A DNA stretch of 64,000 nucleotides from Phoronis australis. Taxonomy: Eukaryota > Animalia > Phoronida. Below the pieces are notes generated by a model that was given only the letters and a program-made list of their open reading frames with translations, was not told the DNA's origin and searched no databases. The stretch's first letter is position 1, and each line of letters opens with the position of its first letter. The position numbers and the translations under genes were made by a program. The DNA is taken from positions 186,001 through 250,000 of the forward strand of contig NMRA01000449.1 in assembly GCA_002633005.1 (NCBI GenBank). The letters are read 5' to 3'. Positions 41,801 through 53,800 of the stretch are shown here, piece after piece.

Positions 41801-44800
41801 ACATCTATTTTCAGATGGATTTGTCCCTTGCTGCACTAGTGTACTTACTATTATTATTATTATTTTTTGATAATTTTGGTCTTTTTTTGCCGTGCGTCTC
41901 CTTGAAGAATAATGAGACAGATGTCTTCGTATTTCGGAGAGCATAGCTGATGTTGGTTTTCCGACAGGTTTAACTATTTAGGCGGTCATAGTAGCAATTT
42001 TAATTTTATTTCGTCTGCCTCAATGATTTTCAAGTTCTTTTGTGCATCCTAGGCTTATAAAATCTGTCTAATATATCTGTCTATTGCGGAGAAGTCTGCA
42101 GCCATTTGTTTTCGTAAAGATCCGACAACTGCGGCGCACTCTCATGGCCATTTTAGTTATTTTTTGTTTCTTTACAAAATTTAACAGATGGGATCAGTTG
42201 AGGAGAGCACGGTCGGCTGTCGTTGATATCTGCCTCCTAGTGTCAATTTTTTGCTTTTCTCAATATCTATCAAGTTCCTTGTTGTGTCTTGGGTGAAGCT
42301 TGGTGAGGAGAATACGCCCTATGCTGTACACCGATTTTGAATGAATCTGACAATTTTAGCTTTCTTTTGCGTCTATTTCAAAATCTCCCAATTCTTGTGG
42401 CGGATGTTTATGAAATTTGGCAAATAATGAACGGCAATTACTTTCACACAGATCTGGGCCCAGTCTCCAATCTCCGTACTCAGACTCATACTCATCCTCG
42501 AGATTTCATACTCAAAATCGTGCTCACTGGAGTCGTACTCAAAAAGTGTATTTAATGTTGCATTTCGATTAGACTCCAAACGTAGGCCTACTCAAATCTG
42601 ACAATCGTACTCGAGTTGCTACGGAACTCTTTGTGATATGAAATGCAAAACCACGCAAAGTCGCGTTGATTCAGCGCTCCCTATTCACATAGATTACCCT
42701 TGCACCTACATTAACGTCTGTTGTCGCTACAACTACACGAGAATAACGTGGAATACTGAGTGTTCTGCAACTGTTATTCATTTTTTTCGGTTTCAATACA
42801 ATATTCTTATACCATTTCTTGATACATTTGCCAATTATTAAGCTTTAAGTTACTTCTTGCGTTCCTTATCTCCTGAAAAATGTCTTGTAATAAGAAATTT
42901 GTAGGCTAACATCTTATCACATCAAAGAAAGTCAGTCGGCCGCAGAGGAGCAGCCACAATCTCAGTGTCTGACTTATCCAGAGGGAAAAATGAGTTCATT
43001 CTCCCCTACACTTGACACAATTACTCCTAAACTGGCATGGTCACACCAACCATTGAAATTTTCTTTCTCAGTGATATATGCAGTGGTGGGCCGGTAACCC
43101 CAGTCCCGGGGGTCAGGTACCATATCACAGGCCTGCAACCAACATTTTTAGGGGAAATTTCGAATTGCACATTTTCTTTGACGAGAGGTCGAATTTCAAA
43201 ATTTTGTACCTTAATTGCCAGCGGTGGCGTTCTTCTCTATTAAGCCGGTTGTCTACATCAGCCCGAAACTCCAGTCGACATTTTTGGGCCGCAGTTGTTT
43301 GGTTTCTGGTCAACCCCTGTTCTCTCTTGCATAGACCCTATTCACGCCGACAGGAGGCGCGTTCCAAAACGAGGCTCGCTACGATAGCTCTGGTGGGTTA
43401 TCCACGTAGTTGTACTGAGTTCGAGCTAGGACCGGTAGCGGACGAGGGGGGAAACACGTTCCGCAGATTTCGTAGAAGGTATAAATCCTCGGAGCCCGCA
43501 ACTTCCGGGCCGCCTGCTTGCATACAATCGCGCTTTACCCGCTTCTCCGAGGATGTCGCCCCCCCCCCCACNCCAGATGATCTGGTTCGTGTAGAAAGCA
43601 TTTTTATCAAGAATTTATTAGAAGAAACGTAACCCTGCATTCAGCATGATACCTAATCCGTAACACTACGATCGCCGCAATTTGGTCATGTTTACTTTTC
43701 ATGTTTCGAACCTAGTTTTCTGGAAAAAACCTATATCCTTTCGTCAGACAACTCTTTGGTGCATTGACTGTATTTTTCTACGTCTGTGTGGTTAATTATT
43801 GACACATTTTTTAACATTTAATATTCAGGTTGGACTCCAAAGACCGGCCATTTAACTCACGAAATGTAAATTTCCGCTTTGTTTATCGCAGTGAGCCTCA
43901 CTTTGGATTTTAATGTCCGCCGCGTGAATAGAGTCTATACTGCGCAGGCCTACGCTGATGTCAAAACCTTGATAGGCCTACTGTATCTTTGTATTTTACC
44001 GGGATGTATCAAGTTAGCTGACATTTGGCGCGAGTTAAAAAACACTACATGTACAGGCATTCAGAGTTCATCAGTGAACGGGACGAGATGTCTTCTTATA
44101 TAAATCGGCAAACAAAATCTGGAACATCATTCGGGGACTGAGGAATTATTGATGACTAAACCATGATGTGAAGTCTGACAGGGAAGCAAATTGTTTTTTT
44201 TAACTTTCCTCGTCTTTAGGAAACCGTACATACCGTTGAACACGCACTTCAATCACGGCAATCCCCACACCACAGCTGCTTTTGACCCTTGTAATGACTC
44301 CTCCACATGGAATTAGCATTCGCCAGTTGCCAGGAATCGTAGTAAGAAGGACCTTAAAAATTTGCGGCAATGAAGTGCTGTGATACGGCGGGTTAAGATG
44401 AAAAAGATTTAAAATGAAAACTATTGTCTCAAGCCCTGAAATATAGTATGAGGACTTAAATTTTCCAAAGGTGTGCTGTTTCTCTCAGTGGTTTTTCGCT
44501 ATTTTCTTCTTTCGCTCATGAAATAATTTGTCCGTGTCTAACATCCGCCGTATTTATTTTCGAGTACGATTTCACGCAGACCGCCAAACCAAACTTGAAA
44601 TTTGGAGCATATACTCGGAATTTTTATTCAAAATCGTACTCGAAATAGGCCTATAGATGAAATACACTTCACTTCGAGTATACTCGAAACTTGAGCACGT
44701 GCTCGAAATTCCGAGTACAGGTTTTTCGAGTACGGCATTGAATACACCAAAGCTGAGTCTGTACTCGAGTTGAATATGAAGTGTGAATTTGAGTATGATT

Positions 44801-47800
44801 CGAGTCTGAGTACGGAGATTGGAGACCGGGCCCAGGTGGAAATATATTTTTAGCAGCCACCCCACCATCCAATACATAATGAAACATAATCTTGCTAGTT
44901 TTATTCGGGATGCAAAACACAAGAGTGGGTGAACTAATCTCGGTAGTTTTGAGCCTCCTACTGTGACATTTATTTTATAGTATTGCTCTCTCTTCCGAGC
45001 CTGTTTAAAATAATTATCTGTGTAGTATGCGATTAAACACTGCGCAACATTCTATGTTGCTTTTCTTGGTAAGATTTTAGGACTTACTTGGTGTGACAGT
45101 GCCCCGCTTAGTTCGAAATTACAATTGCGCCATTTTGCCAAGATTTCCCTTCAAAGAATGCTACTGCTGCAGTTACTTGTCCTGTGTTTTTACAGGATAC
45201 AGAAATAAATAAAATTTCGATGCTTTCTCAAGTGAAACATAAAATGCAATATTTTCATACACTGAAACAGAAAGCCACAAAAGGCAGGAAACACAACTTA
45301 ACTGTGTGAACTCCAAATTCATGCAAAATTATTTTATTTTATTTAACCACCAAAAGACCTGTTTCCGATCTTTCTCCAGAAAGTCCATATAGAGCCTTCT
45401 AAACAAAATCAAGTAACATTCGAATCAAAGAGTCCAACAAAGAGGTCTGTGCAAGCTCGTTTTGACGTGAACTTTGAAGAAAAGTTGCGGCAGAAAAGAA
45501 AACGTGAAGTTTACGGGCCCGCAGGCGCACCAGTACAAGGACACTCCGTCAATACAGAACCCGAGGAACATCTCTCTCGACCAAAACGAAGCAGTTTCCA
45601 AAACCAGGTGACCGATGGTGCGTCCGTGCAGCGGATGGAACAGATATTTAGACATATTGAAAAAGTCAGCCAATCACGAGACTGCACAAAATTGCCTCCG
45701 GATCAGCTTGTGTTACCCGGAGATGTAGGATACGGTGCTAAAGAGCAGTTTCAATATCAGGTAAATATACTGTATTCCTAAGCCTAGATACGTTTTGAGT
45801 GCAAATGAATTGTATGGGATGATCTATAGGCCTCCGCCACCTTGTGGTGATATCTTGTTAAAGTGAAACATCTGTAATGATTGTTGTGAGTACTGCAACT
45901 TGGCGAACTCCGTTCAGTGGGTGAACGGCAAACTAACCAGTGGCACCCATCCTGACTCAAGGAGTGTGTTACGTAGACACAAGAGATTTCGTGCTTTGCT
46001 TTTAACGCGTGGCAAATCTAGCGAAAACTTGCGTGATCTTGCGGTTTTTTTGCTAGTTTCATGGATGGGACAGCATCAGCGAGCTTTCAGACGGATCCGA
46101 CTACCGGGGTGCCCCCTAGTGGCAATTATATTTTTTTACGTTTACCTCTGTATCTTCAGAGGCCCTCAACGAATTTTCATAAAATTTGACACGCTATCTT
46201 TCCGTTTTCGGATGAATTCGAGGTATTTTGCGCCACCATTTTTGCTGTTTTCGAATCTGTTTTTGGTGCCCGCCCCTATATCAACCAAACCGTTCGAAGT
46301 ATCAGTGTGAAAATTGGCATGTATGTTCTTAATTTGTTTCTCTGAAGTTCCTTGAAAGATTTGTTGAAATTTGGTAAACCGCTTTCTATTAAAGAAACGG
46401 TGGCATGTTCGCGTTTTTTGGATGGATTCGACGTATTTTGCGCCATCGGGTGGTCATTTTTAGGATACAAATAAACAACCCTGGAAGCACATCGATTGTG
46501 GTGCATTCGTGGGCGCATTTCAACGCTCTGCGTTGTTCTTGTATGAAATTTTATTTATATTATTTCATTGAAACTCTCAGTAAACATGCACGAAAATGTA
46601 CATAACGAACGGTGGTAATCCATTGGTACATTGCTATTGGTTGGTTTATTGCAAAAACTACGCTTGCCGATCACGTGTTCGATACTTACTGCCAAATGAC
46701 GTCAGCTCGAGCATTTCATTCTGTAGCATCTAAAGAGGGTCCCAGTTGTAGAGACTTGTCGGCACTGAGCTCTGAGTAACACATCATGGAATTCAGAGTT
46801 GCTATAGCCTCCCCTTTTTGTCAAAATAACGTCTTCTGCCTAGTAACACACACAAATTCAAAATTGTATGTGATTTACTATCTTGAAGCAATATTTCACT
46901 TCGTTATTGCCAGAGATTAGGCTCAACAAGTTGGCTTGTCACTGCCAAGCCTTTAGTTATTCTTGGGCCATGGGTCTGATCTTTTTACTCGAAATCGAAA
47001 TTATGTTTAGCATCTTTTATCACAACTCTGTGCGAATTCAATATACGTGTCTTTTATTCTATGCTCGAATACGCAATAGTTTATGCATGACTTTCCAGTC
47101 TAGGTTCTCACTTGATGACCCCGAGATTTGAGCAACAAACTCGAGTAAAAACTTGAGATTTCGAGTTACGACTCGAATTTTTAACCTTAATGCTGGGGTC
47201 ATCAAGTGAAAAACAGGATTCAGTTATTCACGTCAGCCATTGTGTACTCCGTGGGCACTTGCCTTGAATTCGCACAAAAAATTATATACTCGGAAGTTGT
47301 CAAAAATTATTCCGGATTCGAATTCGAGTACAAAGATTAGACTCTGGACCCTGGCTGACAGTTCTCGATTTTTACACCGGTGAACCCGTTTGGAATGAAA
47401 TAAGCTTATTCAGTATTATTTTACAATCCGTTTCAATTGGATTCATTCCTTGCAGGCTCGAACGGCGAATGCTATGGCCCATTACCTGTCAGCAACATAT
47501 GAGAACCTGGTGCCAAAACGACAAAACTGGGGTGCGGTACACGGAGGTCGCCTACCGAACAAGGATCTGCTTATGGCCGATGTTCTGTCTCAAGTAATGG
47601 CGGATCACAAGATACGTTCATTTGGGGTATGGTTTGATCGTTACCAATACCAAGAGCCAGTCGGTGACGATTTAACGGCGATCAAAAGAGAACTCTTTGC
47701 TCCTTACGCTTTTCAAGACGGAGATCAGTACAAAGTCGTTGATATGGCTGGTGACCCGGATGTCGGTGCTTATCTAAAAGCTGATTGGTTCAGGAAAACA

Positions 47801-50800
47801 AAAAAGCGATGGATGAATACCGGCTCCGGTGTGAGGAAACACAAGCTAAAACCACGCATAAGGTTTGCCTTTGCAAGCAAAATTTGTTCGTTTATATTTG
47901 GGTCGACGGCAGCCAGTTTCGGGTACATTTGGGTCGACGGTAGCCTTGGTACAAAGCTGTATACTAAATATACAGCTTTGCGCCGATGTGTGTAAAATAG
48001 ATAAGATAGAATCTGACACAAAAGCAGTGTCATTAAAAACTACAATCTTCCTTGAGTAAACTAAATTATTTAACGGTGTTGGAAAAATGGCGTTCTACTG
48101 TTATTTTGCTGCTGAAGTTGTGGAGCGATCTTCTGCGTCGGCTTTCGGCGCCATGAAATATTGCGTCACCAATATGGCCAGTTTCTTTTTTCGCCGATTC
48201 TTCAATCAACTGTTGCTCTTTCACTAGGTTGCATACACGTCGCAACAAATCATTGGAACTGGTTTCACTTCATTATAAGTTTTTAGAATTTCGACACCGA
48301 AAACCGAATTTCGGAACAAATAGTCGGTGGGCCAGATCTCATAGCGTTCATCCTTGTGAGTACTTTTGGGGGGCAACCTAGTTTTTTCTATGTGGCTAGA
48401 TAATATACCTATAAATCAAATTCCAAAAAGTTCCCACGTCTACACTTGCACATTTTTTAAAAAAAAAATATGAAGCACATTCCTGCCACTTGGTGGCGCT
48501 TTTCTATTGAATTGACCAATCAGAGAGCCAGATTGTATTGTTGTGCTTAGTTACTTCAATATGGCTGCTCCCATGGAGTGTGATGCCTGTATAATTCAAG
48601 GTTTATCAAACAGCACAAAATTGTGATGTCAGAGCCTAAAGAAGCTTAGGAAAGCTTCCTGACGAAAGCTGATTGACTGTGGAACTCTGTAGATCAGTAG
48701 ATCAAAAAGAAGAAGAGGTGTCACAAACGTTTGTGCAGAAAACAGCTGCATGCCCTGGTAGCCTACACAGTATACTGCTGAGTGCTATAGACTAGAATAC
48801 CAAGTGTCAGACCAGAAAATTGAAAGGACATAGAACGGCATAGCAACGTTTCAAGGCACCAACAGTAGTACTAAAGCTGAAGTTGCTGAAAGTGATACAG
48901 ATGTTATCCAAGATTTCCCAAGAAAATCAATCACTTCCAAAATCTGAAACACCCAATTAACCTGAACAAGATAGGAACATTCTGAAACATGAGTGCATCA
49001 TTTGTTAGCAGGAAAAGTACATTATGGGCCACATTTCAAGAAAGAGAAAGAAGTATAGCTTTCAAAAACAGGTACGTGTTTTTTAAAAATACATTTTGGT
49101 GTTTTCCACGTGTGATTCAGTATTATCACCAGTTGTTTTTTAACTTGTTCAGCCCCTTGACTGCCTAGGCCTTAGACAATACTGCTGACCCAGTAGAGAC
49201 GATGATCATACTATAGGTACTTCATATGCCGGATACTTTTCGGCAAATTATGTTCCTATAAGTTTAGAAGTACCGCGTAGAGAGATGCCTCTGAGGAGGT
49301 CGTTAATGTTTTCATTTGTTCCCAGTTTAAACAAATACTCCTGCAATCCTGTTTTTCGAACACTCCATTCAGTTGCCACATCGACACTGCTTGCGCTAAG
49401 GGATAATCCTATGGCGTTATACTGTGGGTGTGATTTTAAAGCACTTTAAGTCTAAAATTTTTGAGAAGGTTAAATGGAGTAGATAGTTGCAAACAACATG
49501 CCCAAGTGGCCGTCATCCCCTGCCGTAGTCTCAATTTTTTGTAAACATTAATTACTTAGGTAGCAGCTGCAATGATAATTAAATTAAAGTGCCTAAGTGG
49601 CCATCGTCGCCGTCGAAATTTGAGGACGATGGAAGCCACTGTCCATTTCGTCAAACGTCGATTACCTTAAGTGTAAATCGATTGACTATGGTTTGAGCAT
49701 CTGATTTTAAAAAAATTAAATTTCAATCACTGCACAGGTATATCAGCTGATTTATTTTCAGCTGCATCTACTGATCTAATTATTAGACGATCAACATTAT
49801 TAGGCTACAGGTCAAACGGCATGTAAATTTGTTAGGCTGGTGGTGGATCAGCTCCTGATACGTCCGTCTGAAAAAGTTGCATGCCAACTCACTCATAGTT
49901 GAATGTTAAATTAGTGTTAACAGTTCGGGTTTTTTTCAGTTGGACTTGTATCGCAAGCAACAGCTCAGTCCAGAGCCCTGAATATGCAAATGAAATTCAA
50001 AGATAAAGACCTTGTGTCTTAGAAGCCAAGTACCACAGATCATCATGCTGTAAAAAAGAGAAAGACAAAGATTGTGGAGAGTGACGAATCCCCAGTTTTC
50101 AGAGATGTTTTTCTACAGTTTTGTTTGGAGTTCATTGAATCAAAGCTTCTAGCACATGGAGATGTCATTTGCCTTTCAAAAATAAAGCAAGACTTTGAAG
50201 CTGTTCTTCAGAAAGCTGGTGTGCATGAAGTTATTTGGACAGGCAATCTTAAGAAATATTGTTGAAGCTACTCACTGTTGTAGTTTGTGCCTGACTAAGA
50301 GATACGAAAGTGAATTGAGGCTAGTGTTCAATAATTCACTTGCTGACTCTAATTAACACAGCCCATAGTAACATATTTTGAATCAAACATTTGCCCAAAT
50401 AGTGCCCGCCTCCAAACAAGAACTTAGTGTTTGACCCTTCATTGCCTGCGGGCTAATCACCAGTGTGCAGTGCTGTACCCTCTCTAATCGACCATAGTTG
50501 GCTCCTTGGCGGTGGAGCTTTGCAGTTAATATGTATGGCAATGACCGCATCTCCATTGACAGTACTAAACGATGAACGCTGCAAGTGCAAAAAGAACATG
50601 TGTGCTGGGAAACTGAGTTTGTGCTGCAATGCTGGGTCAAACTGTACAGAAATGTGCAGCTGTGACAACTGTAGTAACATCAGCAACACTGACTGCATAA
50701 CATTGGATAGTTCTTTGACAGGCCAACCCTAAATAGACCTCCAACCCCGTTATTTCCTTTTTTGTATTAAAAAGTTAATTTTATTTGTTGATTAAGTCAT

Positions 50801-53800
50801 AGAAAGTACATACTTTGATCATTGTCATGTATTTGTCTCATACTGCTTAATAAACGCTGTCAGAATAATCTATTTTAATACAGTCTTTGTGCACATTCAC
50901 AGAGATCATTCAACTATATTGTTTTTGTACTATAACATATTTCTGGTGTATTATGCAAACAAGCTGTATTTTACACCATTAGTCAATGTTTTAGTCATTG
51001 AGGCACAAATTTTGCCCAGTCTCAAGTGTTTTGTGTTATTTTTGTTGCCTGACAATGCCAGAATAACTTCCTAGAAACATTCAGACTTAGTTTGTATTTT
51101 TGCCACTAGGTGTCTCTTTACGTTTTTTAAATTTCACTGTTTACAATTAATTTACAATAGTAAAACATGTAATGTGAGTGTAATATTGTTCAATGCAATG
51201 GCACTGATGGGACCATATTACTTGTTTTACAAAAAAGTCACCAAAACAGTTGTTTTTACAAATATAAGTTTACTAAGCTCTTTGGTGATTATTAGGTAAC
51301 TTCAAACTCAAATTTCTCAAAAATGTGCAACTTTATATGTGGGAACTTTTTAGATTTTGAAAACACTCTAATAAATGAATAAAAAACACCAAAATAAAAT
51401 TGCCCCCCTAAAGTACTCACAAAAACCATTTTCTAGAGGCCCTACAAATTCTGGCCCACCGACTAAAATTTTGCTGCTGCGAAGTAGTAACAAAAATTTA
51501 GGAAATGGCACGTGCGCGTGACACGAGCGTACTGTTTTCAAAACGACAACATACTTTTCTTTATTACAAAAGGTCGAGAATGTCGCAAGAAAATGACGTT
51601 TGTTGCATTGTTTTTCACTTAAACGGTTTTAACGGGCAAGGTGAGTGTCTGTTCATTCCCAGATTTTGTATGCACATGCTGTCCGGTCTTTAGCTCTACA
51701 TGTTGATCCAGGTTTCACGGCGAGTTGACGAGCAGAACTACCCTGGCTGTGTGCAATTTCGGGGTCTATGGAAGAAAAACACACAGTGGTACCTAGCCAG
51801 CCAGCTAGCTGTATGAAGACTGTCGTCAAAATACAGCTAGGTACCACTGTGCGTATTTCTTCCGCAGACCCCGAAATTGCTCACAGCCAGGGTAGTTCTG
51901 CTCGTCACCTCGCCGTGAAACGTGTATCAACATGAAAAAGTTAAGGACAGAACGGGATGCATGCAAAATCTGGGAGTCAACCGACACTCACCTTGCTCGT
52001 TACAGCCATTTAAGTGAAAAACAATGCAATAAACGTCATTTTCTTGCGTAGCTCTCCACCTTTTCTAACAATGAAAAGTATGTCGTCGTTTTGAAAACAG
52101 TGCGCTCGTATCACGCGCGTGCGCCATTTCCTAGATTTTTGAGACATCTCTCAGGAGATGATGATAGCTTGGTAGCAGCAAAATTTCTTCTGAAATTCGC
52201 TTTTTCTGTATCAAAATTCTAAAAATTTTATAGTGAAGTGAAACCAGTTGCGATAATTTGTTGTAACGTGTACGCAACCTCGAGAAAGAACAACAGTTGA
52301 TTGAAGAATCGGCGAAAAAAGAAACTGGCCAATAGGTGACGCAATATTTCATGGCGCCAAAAGCCGTCGCTAAAGATCGCTCCATAACTTTAGCAGCAGA
52401 ATAACGGTATAACGCCATTTTTTCCAACACCGTTAAATAATTTAGTTTACTCAAGGAAGACTGTAGTTTTTAATGACACTAATTTTGTGTCAGATTTTAT
52501 CTTACCACTTTTTTACCCACATCGGTGCAAAGATGTATATTTAATATACAGCTTTGTACCAAGGCTAAGTGGTACCTAGCTGTATTTTGACGATAGTCTT
52601 CATACAGCTAGCTGGCTGGCTAGGTCGACGGCAGCCAATATCGGCTACATTTCATTGTTCGTCACTGCTTTTGATAACTACTTTACGTTATAGTCGGCTA
52701 GCTGGATCAAAAGCGGTCAACTGCTTGTTTCGTTTCCTAATCCAGGCTTTCGAGCAGCGGAACTCTGTTGCTCGACCTGTGATTTTCTTATGTTTCTGTA
52801 GGTTACAGTGACCTGTTATCACCTGCCATACCATTTGGGCTTGGGACTTGGTCAGACTCATAAGCTTGGTAGTAAGACCCAGCTCACCCTATCTGTTGTT
52901 TTTTTAAAGTCATTTCTGTGAGCACAAGATATTTTCCATCATTTTAACGACTATTCCTTTATTCCTAAAACGCAGGGGACGTAACGGACAGGTAATATGA
53001 GTTCTTGAAATTTAAGTTCTGAACCAAATTTGTGCCTCCAACGTATTGAGGGATCCAGGCAACTGTGATACTGTTACATTTACCGAAATTCCATTGAAGA
53101 CACGACTTTGATCTGTTTTTACGTGTTTAATTTCAGTTCTTTCAAACTCTCTAAATCGAGATCTTGTCTTTACATCACAACAGTGCAATGAAAATCCAAA
53201 CGACATCAGTAGGTAACATAATTTATAAAGTGATATTTCGAGACACATATCTCATCTTCAGGCTACTATTTACAACTAGCTCACAGTGAAACACATCAGA
53301 AATGACGAATGTAATATAACACGTGAAGTTGGCATGAGCAACTATGACGATAAAAACATGCAGATATAAATATAACGTACACAATAAATCTGAAACTAAA
53401 TAAGGCGATCCAGATCCTCCCAAGGATATTATTGTTTCACAAAATGTAGAATATAAATAGGTAAATAAAACAACAAGAATGGATCAACTAAAATTTTCGG
53501 ATGTAATAACGTCCTTTGTCAACTGTTTCTGTTGACAAAGGACGTTCTTACATTCGAAAATTTCAGTTGATCCCTTCATTCTTTTATTTACCTATTGATA
53601 TAAATATGCATACGTTGCTGTGCAACATAATCTACAGATCACCTAAATAATGATAGTCTTTCAAGTTCCAGTTAGCTGCTCATTCAAACTGGGTTTTTCA
53701 AGCATTATTAGAAGCGACTCTAATGTTCGTAACCTGTGTACATCATTTTCAATGACTCGAATGACTGTCAACAATCTCCTGACGAGTTATCTTGCGACCA

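Noticed and set aside
43078-43632. 184-aa ORF as a gene
   Set aside because: No recognisable motif; it lies inside a TIR-bounded element in a GC-rich patch and includes an N.
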